53,727 nucleotides of DNA from a virus (taxonomy: Duplodnaviria; Caudoviricetes). How positions within the stretch are numbered: the first letter of the stretch is position 1; each line of letters opens with the position of its first letter. A program made the translations under genes and the position numbers. Location of the stretch: positions 1 to 53,727 of IMG/VR virus record IMGVR_UViG_3300027721_000020; one strand, written 5' to 3'. Below, one piece after another: positions 1 through 9,084 of this stretch. The notes below the pieces were generated by a model, which searched no databases, was not told the DNA's origin, and saw only the letters and a list, made by a program, of their open reading frames with translations.

Positions 1-133
1 GTTGGTTGAATATCGTAGACCTGGTTTTTTTGGCTACTAATTACCATGCGCAATTACTATGGAAAAATAGGATTATTCACTTTGATAAAATAAAGGTAAC
101 AGGATTCCCCATATTTCCGATTATACATAGCGC
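1..133. repeat. Terminal direct repeat (assembly overlap), copy 1; indicates circular/complete genome
   Basis: 1..133 is identical to 53595..53727 except position 7 (T vs G at 53601). Confidence 0.95.
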
Positions 134-581
134 ATACAAGGAAAATATTGTGGTATTCCCACATAGACTGGATGATGAAAAAAATCCTGAGGAATTTACC
201 GAATTTTCAAAATTATGCAATACCGAGGAGTTTGACTTCTTAAGAACCAAGGATTTAGTTAATACTAAGGAGGGGTATTTTTCCATTTTGGAAACAAGTA
301 CCTTTGCATTCTCCTCAGCATATCAGGAGACCTGGGGTATTGCCATGCAGGAAGCAGTATTATGCGGTTGTATCCCAATTGTGCCTAATCGGTTATCGTA
401 TTCTGAAATGTATTTGGCTGAATTTAAGTATAACTCATTGGATGAGGCGGTGGAAATGTTTCACAGTCATTGTGCATCACCTCCTATAATTGCCTTGCGG
501 AAACAAAAGGAAATGATAGAGGAAAAAGGCTGCAAAGCTATTCCTAATATATTCACATATATACAAACCTTAGATGGATAG
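1..581 (+). CDS. C-terminal part of GT-B glycosyltransferase (GTDC1/QTMAN/DUF3524-like); gene starts at 53180 and spans the junction, ~331 aa total
   Basis: FPHRLDDEKNPEEF and SSAYQETWGIAMQEAVLCGCIPIVP (GT4-type E-x7-E motif); in frame with the ORF from 53180 through the terminal overlap. Confidence 0.85.
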   Translation, partial: WLNIVDLVFLATNYHAQLLWKNRIIHFDKIKVTGFPIFPIIHSAYKENIVVFPHRLDDEKNPEEFTEFSKLCNTEEFDFLRTKDLVNTKEGYFSILETSTFAFSSAYQETWGIAMQEAVLCGCIPIVPNRLSYSEMYLAEFKYNSLDEAVEMFHSHCASPPIIALRKQKEMIEEKGCKAIPNIFTYIQTLDG

Positions 582-1575
582 TACATTTAATTACAAAATA
601 TTTGCGGATTGCGGTGCGCCTTCGCTGTACAACAAATTATCAAGAAAAACTGGAGATAGAGGAATAATGGGCTCCAGTTTCAAAAATAGGAAGTATGATT
701 CATTTTCTTATACGGAAACCGCGGAATATGATGAGTATCGTACGGCGTATATTACCTTTTTGAAAAAACACAAACACCAAATAACCACATATTCTAATCT
801 TGATGTTATCAATAATCCAGACCTAACTTATAGAAATCAATTAACGTTAGAAGCTCAGGGGCTAAATCCTATTCCAGTATTCCATATAGGGTCGAATTTG
901 AAATGGCTTAGAAAACTATTAAGGAAATACGAGTACATTGCCTTAGGCGGGCTAGTACCTAATACTACCGCAGTATTAATACCATTATTGGATAGACTTT
1001 TTAAGGAGGAATTACTTGATAGTAATGGTTTACCAAAAGTAAAATTACATGGTTTTGCTTGCACTTCAATTCCACTAATGTTAAGGTACCCGTGGTATTC
1101 TGTTGATAGTGCAACCTGTAGGAAACTTGCAGGATATGGTAGTATAGTCATTCCTAATTTCACGCAAAAAAAATTAATCCCAGTCCAAATTTCATCAAGG
1201 GACACACCACTACGGTATAAATTTACCGAAGGTTTGCTAAATAGTTTCAATACATTGATGGAAAAACATGGTACTAATACATTTAATTTGAGTACCTTAG
1301 AAGCGGACAGAATGACATGGAATTATTTGATGTACTCTTTAATAATTCAAAAAAGTGTTCCTAATTGGCCTTGGAGCTTTTCCACCAGGAAACAAATTAA
1401 TCCCACAAATGAACTAATGTGCTTTTACTTTGCAGGAGCATACCATTTGGAAAAGGAAGTTTTCTTATGGAATACTTTAAAAGACAAAGGAATTGATAAC
1501 CTAAAAGGTAGACTGCAATCCTTTTTTTACCGAACATCTTTGGAAGCGACAATTAAACTTAAATATACCAAATGA
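574..1575 (+). CDS. dpdA: DNA-guanine transglycosylase (TGT-fold, DpdA family), inserts 7-deazaguanine derivative into DNA
   Basis: ADCGAPS (DSGAFS-like), NLDVI, IPVFH, YIALGG, LHGF, YPWYSVDS motifs; linked to folE/queD/queE. Confidence 0.85.
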   Translation: MDSTFNYKIFADCGAPSLYNKLSRKTGDRGIMGSSFKNRKYDSFSYTETAEYDEYRTAYITFLKKHKHQITTYSNLDVINNPDLTYRNQLTLEAQGLNPIPVFHIGSNLKWLRKLLRKYEYIALGGLVPNTTAVLIPLLDRLFKEELLDSNGLPKVKLHGFACTSIPLMLRYPWYSVDSATCRKLAGYGSIVIPNFTQKKLIPVQISSRDTPLRYKFTEGLLNSFNTLMEKHGTNTFNLSTLEADRMTWNYLMYSLIIQKSVPNWPWSFSTRKQINPTNELMCFYFAGAYHLEKEVFLWNTLKDKGIDNLKGRLQSFFYRTSLEATIKLKYTK

Positions 1576-2573
1576 TAATAGATAGACTAAAATTAATAAA
1601 AGCACTGGAAACAGTGAAGCCCGGACTGGCTAGTAAAGAAATGATCGAACAAAGTACCTCATTTTGTTTCATTAAGGGAAATGTGGTGACTTATAATGAT
1701 GAAATAAGTATCTCCTGTCCATTGTCAGGATTAGATATGGAAGGTGCTATATCTGCCTTTGAATTACATGCTTTCATATCTAAGGTCAAACTTACGGAGA
1801 TTGACTTGGAAATTAAGGAAAATGAATTGATAATAAAGGCAGGAAAATCCAAAGCTGCATTGAAATTAAATGTTGATGTGGTGCTACCTATTGAGGAAAT
1901 TGGAGTAATTAAAAAATGGAAAAAATTGCCTGACAATTTTTGTAGCGGATTAAATTTTTGTATGCCAGTATGCTCAAGGAATATGTCCAGACCGCTTTTT
2001 ACTTGTGTCCACGTTAATGGAGATTCAGTGGAAGGTAGTGATAGCTTTCGCATCGCTAAGTATACACTAACATCCAAAACCGAAACAAAGCCATTCCTAA
2101 TACCTGCAAATGTATGCAGCAAGGTGATAAAGATGTTTCCTTCACATATAGCTGAGGGGGAAGGATGGGTTCATTTCAAAACAGAGGATGGAGCTGTGTT
2201 GAGTTGTCGGATATTTGAGGAGAAATATCCCGAAGTTGTTGAGATATTGCACGTTAAAGGTACAGCAATAACATTTCCGGGAAATCTATTGTCTATTTTG
2301 GACAAGGCAAGTATATTTTCAAAGCGGGAACATATATTGGATGAAAGTATTACCATTATCATTGAATCACGGATGATTAAGGTAATATCAGCATCCGAGA
2401 CAGGCAGATTCGAGGAAAAGGAGAGAATAGCATATACTGGAGAACCTATTACTTTCTCCATCCCTCCATATTTGTTAAAGGATATTTTGAAACAAACCTC
2501 ACAAGGCATTATAAATGCAGAGCGTCTGCGATTTGAAGGAGATAATTGGGAGTATGTAACAATGGTTCAATAA
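1572..2573 (+). CDS. dnaN: DNA polymerase III beta subunit-like sliding clamp
   Basis: 333 aa, three-domain pattern, SRPLFTCV and GSDSFRIA (TDxxRL-like) motifs; adjacent to polymerase. Confidence 0.8.
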   Translation: MIIDRLKLIKALETVKPGLASKEMIEQSTSFCFIKGNVVTYNDEISISCPLSGLDMEGAISAFELHAFISKVKLTEIDLEIKENELIIKAGKSKAALKLNVDVVLPIEEIGVIKKWKKLPDNFCSGLNFCMPVCSRNMSRPLFTCVHVNGDSVEGSDSFRIAKYTLTSKTETKPFLIPANVCSKVIKMFPSHIAEGEGWVHFKTEDGAVLSCRIFEEKYPEVVEILHVKGTAITFPGNLLSILDKASIFSKREHILDESITIIIESRMIKVISASETGRFEEKERIAYTGEPITFSIPPYLLKDILKQTSQGIINAERLRFEGDNWEYVTMVQ

Positions 2574-2581
2574 TTTTACTT

Positions 2582-5215
2582 ATGAAAGAAGGATTTTTTT
2601 CAGCTAAGGAAACAAGCAGTGATTCCCGTCCCGATGGGAAGGTTTACTCCTGTGTATCCTGCGGCAGGTACAAGGGATGCTACACACCGAAAATGAAAGC
2701 CTCAGGGGAGTTCAATAAGGGAATTCTAAATATAGGAAGTTTCCCTACTCAAATAGAGGACAGACGGGGAAAACATTTCCAGAATAAGGAAGGTATACTG
2801 CTTGAAAAAACATACAAGAAATTGGGAATTGACCTCCATAAAGATTGCCTCAATATATATGCCGTGAATTGTATGGGTACGGATATTCCTTCCACTTATG
2901 AGCTGGATTGTTGCAGGAAAAGTATTCTCAAAATAATTGAGACCCATAAGCCTAAAATAATAATATTGTTAGGTGAAGAGGCGCTATACTCAGTAATAGG
3001 TAATAGGTGGAAATCGGATTTAGGGAAGGTCGAAAAGTGGAGAGGCTTTACAATACCTGATCAGGATTTTAAAGCATGGGTTTGTCCTACATTCGCAATT
3101 AAAACGATTATAGAGGCTAAATATGAGGTGTCTTCACTTATTTGGGAGCAGGATTTGAAAAAAGCCTTTGATTTGATTAATACTCCATTTCGATACTCTG
3201 AACCTCCTGTAATTGAATATTTAACGGAGGATAATCTTAAGGTACTCAATGCGATCAAAGATTGTGATATTGCCTTTGATTATGAGACCACGGGGTTAAA
3301 GCCGTATGCAAAAGGACACAAAATAGTTTGCGCTTCGGTAGCATACACTGAAAATAACGTGTACTCCTTTATGATGCCAACTACCAAAAATGGAATGAGG
3401 CCCTTTACAGACCTACTACTAAGACAATCTGTGGCTAAAATCGCCGCTAATATGAAATTTGAGGATACATGGTCTATTATTAAGCTGAGGACTAAAGTGG
3501 TTAAATGGCTATGGGATACTATGCAGGCTGCACATATTATTGATAATCGAAGCGGGGTAACGGGATTAAAATTTCAAACCTATGTTAATTTTGGGATTGT
3601 GGACTACGCCAGTGAGATTAGTCCGTATCTTAAGGCTAAGGATGATAAGGATGCGAATTCAATCAACCGAATAGAGGACCTGCTAGCAATACCAGGGGGA
3701 AAACACAAATTATTGCAATATGGTGCATATGATAGTATATATGAGTATCGCTTATCGGTTTTACAGCGAAAAATAATAAATACAATCCAACCTAAAGGCA
3801 GCAGGTTCGGTGCAAATGTAGTGGAAGCATATGAATTATTCCATAACGGTATTTTGGATTTGGCAAAGGCTGAACGTCAAGGACTAAGAGTAGATGAGAA
3901 TTATACGATTGAGCAAAAACAAAAATTAACAGAAAATATAGAAAATGTAGAAAATGAATTATATAATTCCAAATTCTATAAGCATTGGCGACACGTTGCA
4001 AGGTGTACTATTAATTTGGATAGTCCAGTTATGTTAGGTTCTTATCTATATGGTACCTTAGGACTTACACCTAAGAAGTATACAAAGACAGGTAAGGGAA
4101 GCACCGATGAGCAGGCACTATCAATGTTGCATATACCTGAATTAGATATGCTCCTCAAACGAAGTAAGTTAATGAACCTTAGAGATACATTCTTAGAAGG
4201 GGTGTCGAGGGAACAAGTCAATGGACGACTTCATCCTTTTTTCAATCTACACTTAGCCCGAACCTACAGAAGCTCATCTAATAACCCTAACTTTCAAAAT
4301 ATCCCAAAACGAGATACTTTAGCCATGACTACCATACGGTCTGCCATTTACCCAAGGGTAGGGCATCAATTGTTGGAAATGGATTTTTCGGGTATTGAGG
4401 TGTGTATAGCAGCATGTTATCATCAGGACCCTAACATGGTCAAATATATCAAAGACCCTAATAGTGATATGCACGGGGATATGGCTAGGCAAATATTTAT
4501 TATTGATAAGTGGGATAGAGGAAGGAGAGACCACTCATTGCTTAGAGGTGCAGCTAAAAATGGATTTGTATTTCCACAATTCTATGGAGATTATTACAAA
4601 AATAATGCGGAAAATATCTGCAATAATTGGGTAAACTTACCCTTGTCAAAATGGGATGTTTCAATGGGAATAAAATTAGATAACGGAATTACCATTGCAG
4701 AGCATCTAATTTCAAAAAAAATAAACTCCTACGATAAATTTGCTGAACATTTGAAAGGCATTGAGGCCGATTTTTGGAATAACAGGTTTCCCAGATATGC
4801 TGAATGGAAGGAGGAGCATTTTGCTACTTACTTGAAATATGGGTATATTCCCTTAAAGACAGGATTTGTTTGCAGCGGTGTAATGGGGAAAAATGATGTT
4901 TCAAACTACCCTGTACAAGGCTCTGCTTTCCATTGCCTTTTATGGACATTCTCAAAAATAACTGAGGAATTGGAAAAAAGAGATATGCAGTCAAAGGTAA
5001 TAGGACAGATACACGATGCTGTGGTTTTCGATATTCACCCTCCTGAACTAAATGCAGTATATTACTTAATGCAACAAATTGTGGTCCATTTACTCCCAAA
5101 ACATTATACGTGGATAAATGTCCCATTAGGTATTGATGCAGAGCTTTGTCCTATTGATGGAAATTGGGCGGAAAAAAAGAAATGGAAACCAGAAGTAGAT
5201 GACCTGCCTTTTTAA
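2582..5215 (+). CDS. polA: Family A DNA polymerase with N-terminal UDG family 4-like domain and 3'-5' exonuclease (SPO1-type)
   Basis: ExoI DYETTG, NPNFQNIP, motif A DFSGIE, motif B RGAAK..FYG, NYPVQG, motif C QIHD; N-terminal CVSC/AVNC/PKIIILLG; likely start MKEGFF. Confidence 0.92.
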   Translation: MKEGFFSAKETSSDSRPDGKVYSCVSCGRYKGCYTPKMKASGEFNKGILNIGSFPTQIEDRRGKHFQNKEGILLEKTYKKLGIDLHKDCLNIYAVNCMGTDIPSTYELDCCRKSILKIIETHKPKIIILLGEEALYSVIGNRWKSDLGKVEKWRGFTIPDQDFKAWVCPTFAIKTIIEAKYEVSSLIWEQDLKKAFDLINTPFRYSEPPVIEYLTEDNLKVLNAIKDCDIAFDYETTGLKPYAKGHKIVCASVAYTENNVYSFMMPTTKNGMRPFTDLLLRQSVAKIAANMKFEDTWSIIKLRTKVVKWLWDTMQAAHIIDNRSGVTGLKFQTYVNFGIVDYASEISPYLKAKDDKDANSINRIEDLLAIPGGKHKLLQYGAYDSIYEYRLSVLQRKIINTIQPKGSRFGANVVEAYELFHNGILDLAKAERQGLRVDENYTIEQKQKLTENIENVENELYNSKFYKHWRHVARCTINLDSPVMLGSYLYGTLGLTPKKYTKTGKGSTDEQALSMLHIPELDMLLKRSKLMNLRDTFLEGVSREQVNGRLHPFFNLHLARTYRSSSNNPNFQNIPKRDTLAMTTIRSAIYPRVGHQLLEMDFSGIEVCIAACYHQDPNMVKYIKDPNSDMHGDMARQIFIIDKWDRGRRDHSLLRGAAKNGFVFPQFYGDYYKNNAENICNNWVNLPLSKWDVSMGIKLDNGITIAEHLISKKINSYDKFAEHLKGIEADFWNNRFPRYAEWKEEHFATYLKYGYIPLKTGFVCSGVMGKNDVSNYPVQGSAFHCLLWTFSKITEELEKRDMQSKVIGQIHDAVVFDIHPPELNAVYYLMQQIVVHLLPKHYTWINVPLGIDAELCPIDGNWAEKKKWKPEVDDLPF

Positions 5216-5290
5216 AAAAACATTTTTTAAAATAATTGTTTAAAAATGTTTTTTATTCAGAAATTTTTTATAAATTTACAAAAAAAACAA

Positions 5291-6205
5291 ATGAGCTTAT
5301 ACCAAAAACACCGACCGTCCTCATTGGATGAGGTTCGGGGAAATGAAATAATAATTGAGAGCATTGCTTCTATGCTTGCAAACCATAAGACTTGCCCCCA
5401 TGCTTTCTTATTGCATGGAGCTACAGGCTGTGGGAAAACTACAATTGGCAGGGGGATTGTTCATGCTTTAGGAGTGCATGAGGTAGACTTCCAAGAGATA
5501 GATTCCGCTGACTTTCGGGGAATTGATACTATCCGAGAGATTCGCAAAAATTGCATGTTTAAACCGATGAAGGGAGCCTACAGGGTATATCTATTAGATG
5601 AGTGTCACCAAATGAGTAAGGACGCTCAAAATGCCCTTCTAAAAATATTAGAAGACACACCTCCTCATGTTTTTTTCATACTGTGTACTACGGACCCTGG
5701 CGGTCTAATCTCTACAATAAAAGGTAGGTGTTCATCATTTGAGGTCAAGCCACTTTCAGATGAGAACATGAAAAGCTTGCTTAAGGTAATTGCCCGAAAA
5801 GAAGGGTCGTCCTTAGATAAGGAAGTCATTGACCAAATAATACTTGATGCTCAGGGACACCCTCGAAATGCCATTCAAATATTAGAGCAGGTTCTTAACA
5901 CTGAACCAGAGAATAGGTTAAAGGTAGCGAAACAAACAGCCGCCGAACAAAGTGAAAGTATTGAACTATGCAGAGCATTACTCTCCAATTCTAATTGGAA
6001 ACAAATAGCTACGATACTTGATGGACTAAAACAACAAAATCCTGAGAGCATAAGGAGGCATGTATTAGGATATGCTCAGTCCGTTTTGCTGAAAGCAGAT
6101 AATCCTAAGGCAGGTTTAGTTCTCGAATTATTCCTTGAACCAACTTATAACAGTGGATTTCCACAAATTGTATTCGCTTGTTATTCAATAATCAAAACAG
6201 AATAG
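5291..6205 (+). CDS. dnaX: Clamp loader AAA+ ATPase (DnaX gamma/tau-like)
   Basis: LYQKHRP, Walker A GATGCGKT, LLDECHQMS, QNALLKILE, TIKGRC; likely start MSLYQK. Confidence 0.9.
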   Translation: MSLYQKHRPSSLDEVRGNEIIIESIASMLANHKTCPHAFLLHGATGCGKTTIGRGIVHALGVHEVDFQEIDSADFRGIDTIREIRKNCMFKPMKGAYRVYLLDECHQMSKDAQNALLKILEDTPPHVFFILCTTDPGGLISTIKGRCSSFEVKPLSDENMKSLLKVIARKEGSSLDKEVIDQIILDAQGHPRNAIQILEQVLNTEPENRLKVAKQTAAEQSESIELCRALLSNSNWKQIATILDGLKQQNPESIRRHVLGYAQSVLLKADNPKAGLVLELFLEPTYNSGFPQIVFACYSIIKTE

Positions 6206-6206
6206 T

Positions 6207-6440
6207 ATGGCAAAAGCAATGGAATTAATGGTAGGGAGAAAATATAAATTATATACACCAAACAGCTATGGACGGTTAGTTATCATTCATATAGATTATA
6301 TTTTACCAAGCATACAATATCCCGGCAATACTGAACATACATTGTTTATTTGTAGAGAATATTGGGCACCAAAAAAAAGATGGATGTATTATTCAATTCC
6401 TTATTTTATTTTAGCCATACACAATGATTGGGATAATTAA
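6207..6440 (+). CDS. Hypothetical protein
   Basis: 77-aa ORF tightly packed in operon. Confidence 0.6.
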   Translation: MAKAMELMVGRKYKLYTPNSYGRLVIIHIDYILPSIQYPGNTEHTLFICREYWAPKKRWMYYSIPYFILAIHNDWDN

Positions 6441-6451
6441 AAATTAACAAA

Positions 6452-6703
6452 ATGGACGTACAGGACTTAAGATTCCGATACAAGTGTGAAACAGGATTAG
6501 CTGCAATTCCTGAACATACAATAACTATTGACACCAATGAATTAGGATTTACTGAGATTAAGGATTTGGAAAAATCAGTAGCTCAATCATGTAAATTTGA
6601 TTTTGACCAAATCCCTTATCTATTATGGCTGGAGGAACGGATACTATCCTTAGATAATAGCATATCCTCATTAATACCTTTACAACGAAAAATAAGAATG
6701 TAA
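6452..6703 (+). CDS. Hypothetical protein
   Basis: 83-aa ORF, A-rich start context. Confidence 0.6.
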   Translation: MDVQDLRFRYKCETGLAAIPEHTITIDTNELGFTEIKDLEKSVAQSCKFDFDQIPYLLWLEERILSLDNSISSLIPLQRKIRM

Positions 6704-6909
6704 TGATGGAAAAGGCAACAAATATCCATGTGGAACGGGCGAGAATAAAAATATCTCAAAAAGAATTGGCAGACGCAATGGACGTTACAACAAATCATAT
6801 ATGTAATTTAGAACTAGGAAAATCACTGCCTAAAATAGGTTTAGCTTTGAGATTGGCAAAATATTTCAATTGCGAAGTTAGTTATCTTTTAAAATTAAAG
6901 GAGGATTGA
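6703..6909 (+). CDS. XRE/Cro-family helix-turn-helix regulator
   Basis: ISQKELADAMDVTTNHICNLELGKSLP..ALRLAKYF pattern. Confidence 0.9.
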   Translation: MMEKATNIHVERARIKISQKELADAMDVTTNHICNLELGKSLPKIGLALRLAKYFNCEVSYLLKLKED

Positions 6910-6910
6910 T

Positions 6911-7393
6911 ATGGATTATAAAGAGGATTGCAAGATAGATGAAAGTGCATTAGACGTAGAATGGCTAGCCCAAACGGAACTAGGGATTAAATACGGTGAG
7001 TATTGGGCTGAATGCAAAGATGCTCTTACAAGGGCAGAGGAGAAAATAAAATTGGTACGGGCTGAATTATGCAAGGAATGTTATGAGAAGAACGAAAAAC
7101 CCACTGATAAAAAATTGGAAACGTATTTCCGCACCCATAAAAGGCACATTCAAGCCAAAGAGGAGTGGATGGATGCTAAATTCAAGGAAAATATAGCTGA
7201 TATTGCAAAATGGCAAATTTCCAATACCCGAAAAGATGCGCTGGAAAATTTGGTCAGATTGCATGGGCAAAGCTATTTTGCTGGCCCTAATATGCCTAGA
7301 GACCTAATAGAGGAAGCTGAAAAAAAGAGGGAATTACAAATAAAAACCAATGCGGGTGTAGCCGGCAAATTGAAGAGGAGAATTAGAGATTAG
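6911..7393 (+). CDS. UvsY-like recombination mediator (helical)
   Basis: 160-aa coiled-coil protein preceding SSB and RecA; KIDESALDVEW start resembles UvsY-like phage proteins. Confidence 0.5.
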   Translation: MDYKEDCKIDESALDVEWLAQTELGIKYGEYWAECKDALTRAEEKIKLVRAELCKECYEKNEKPTDKKLETYFRTHKRHIQAKEEWMDAKFKENIADIAKWQISNTRKDALENLVRLHGQSYFAGPNMPRDLIEEAEKKRELQIKTNAGVAGKLKRRIRD

Positions 7394-7415
7394 TATTAAC
7401 TTAAAAATTATTAAA

Positions 7416-8717
7416 ATGGCAAAAAAACAAAGGGTATCGCCTTTCAGAGGAAAAGTCAATAATGATGCTAAGAGACAGAGTAGGAATAATTCAGGTTTTG
7501 GACATCTGAATTTGCCGAAAGGAGTAGTATTATATTCTCCAGTACCTGGACAAAAAGAGAGTATTGACATCATTCCTTACATTGTGTCCGACCCTAAGCA
7601 TCCTGACGCTAATGCCGAAGCAGGCATTGCTGGAGTAGGGGATTTATGGTACAAGCGTCCTTACAAAACTCACAGGCAAGTAGGGGTGAACAACGAGACA
7701 GTGGTGTGTCTGGCCTCATTTGGTAAGAAATGTCCAATTTGTGAGTACAAAAAGCAAAGGACAAAAGAAGGTGCGGAAAAAGATGAGCTAAAAGGGTACA
7801 ACACTTCCAATAGGAACTTGTATGTTATTATCCCAATAGGGGTGAAAAAAAGAGAGGAGGAGATACATATTTTCGATTTTTCACAATTCAATTTTCAGGA
7901 CCTGCTAAATGAGGAATTAGAGGAGAATGAAGACAATGAAATTTTCCCCGACATTGAGGAAGGACTTACTTTAGCCGTGAGATGGGCAGAGGAAGTTTTT
8001 GAAAAAAATAAATACGCTAAAGCAGGAAGGATTGACTTCAACAAACGGAAGTCAGCCTACGATGAGAGTATTTTGGACGATGTACCGGATTTGGACAAGG
8101 TGCTAAAACAATTGACCTATGATGAACTTAGTGCTAAGTTCTTTGAAATGGAAGGTGTAGAGGACGTGGATGATGCTCCAAAAAGAAAGACAAAATCAAA
8201 GATAGTAGAAGAGGAGGAGGAGGAGGATGAAGCTCCTAAAAAAAGAGTAGGTAAAACTGTATCCACGAAAAATAAGGTTAAACTGAGTTGGGGAGATTTA
8301 TCTGACATGGATGATACCGAATTATTAGAGGTAGCGGAATCATATGCCCTTGAAATTGATGAGGACGACTATTCCTCAACTTCGGAATTAGCAAAATTAA
8401 TAGCGGATACTTTGGGGGTAACGATACCTAATCCAAAGAAAAGGCAGCAAATAGTCGAGATTGAGGAGGAAGAGGAAGAGGATGAAGCTCCTAAAAAAAG
8501 AGTAGGTAAACCCGCACGTAAAGTAGTAGAACCTGATGAGGAGGAGGAAGAAGACCTTACCTCTCCAAAAAAGAAGTCTTCAAAGACCAAAGGTAAAAAA
8601 GAAGAGGACGAGGAATGCCCAGAAGGAATGGAATTCGGAGTAGACACGGACACGGACACCGCTTGTGATGATTGTCCTTTATGGGGAGATTGTTCGGATA
8701 AAAAGGAGGGTAATTAA
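7416..8717 (+). CDS. gp32-like single-stranded DNA-binding protein with long acidic tail and C-terminal 4-Cys motif
   Basis: H..VVCLASFGKKCPICE zinc motif, RNLYVII strand, long E/D-rich tail. Confidence 0.65.
   Translation: MAKKQRVSPFRGKVNNDAKRQSRNNSGFGHLNLPKGVVLYSPVPGQKESIDIIPYIVSDPKHPDANAEAGIAGVGDLWYKRPYKTHRQVGVNNETVVCLASFGKKCPICEYKKQRTKEGAEKDELKGYNTSNRNLYVIIPIGVKKREEEIHIFDFSQFNFQDLLNEELEENEDNEIFPDIEEGLTLAVRWAEEVFEKNKYAKAGRIDFNKRKSAYDESILDDVPDLDKVLKQLTYDELSAKFFEMEGVEDVDDAPKRKTKSKIVEEEEEEDEAPKKRVGKTVSTKNKVKLSWGDLSDMDDTELLEVAESYALEIDEDDYSSTSELAKLIADTLGVTIPNPKKRQQIVEIEEEEEEDEAPKKRVGKPARKVVEPDEEEEEDLTSPKKKSSKTKGKKEEDEECPEGMEFGVDTDTDTACDDCPLWGDCSDKKEGN
8211..8510 (+). repeat. Two ~45-bp imperfect copies encoding EEEEEDEAPKKRVGK inside the SSB tail
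   Basis: Copies at 8211..8255 and 8463..8510. Confidence 0.85.
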
Positions 8718-8718
8718 T

Positions 8719-9084
8719 ATGACATTATTCTCCCGAAAATCAACCACACGAGGTAAGGAGGTTAAATTTGTAGGGGTTCATTTTCCCCTACATCTTAATA
8801 CCTACATCACCTTATATGCAATGACAATGGAGACCTCAAAATCAGCCATTATTTGCAATGAATTAGAGGCTTGGAATAAAGCTAATGAAAAAACAATGTC
8901 AATTGATGCAATGGTTGCTATATTGGTAAAAAAGGCCATTGGATTGTATGAATCAGGAAGGGTACATAATAGCGCGGCTTTAAGAAAATTTCTAATAGAT
9001 ATACGAAAGGAATTAATTATCAAAGGGATAGATACGGATGTGGTCACAAAAATAATAAAACAGATACAAAATGGAGCGGACTAA
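8719..9084 (+). CDS. Putative ribbon-helix-helix DNA-binding protein
   Basis: KFVGVHFP strand followed by two helices (SKSAII); likely start MTLFSR. Confidence 0.5.
   Translation: MTLFSRKSTTRGKEVKFVGVHFPLHLNTYITLYAMTMETSKSAIICNELEAWNKANEKTMSIDAMVAILVKKAIGLYESGRVHNSAALRKFLIDIRKELIIKGIDTDVVTKIIKQIQNGAD

Noticed and set aside
6-581. Stand-alone 191-aa ORF starting at TTG 6
   Set aside because: It is the 3' part of a gene starting at 53180; the other repeat copy reads TGG
574-1575. tRNA-guanine transglycosylase (tgt) for queuosine tRNA modification
   Set aside because: Lacks the C-terminal CxCxxC zinc site of bacterial TGT; motifs and context fit DNA-acting DpdA
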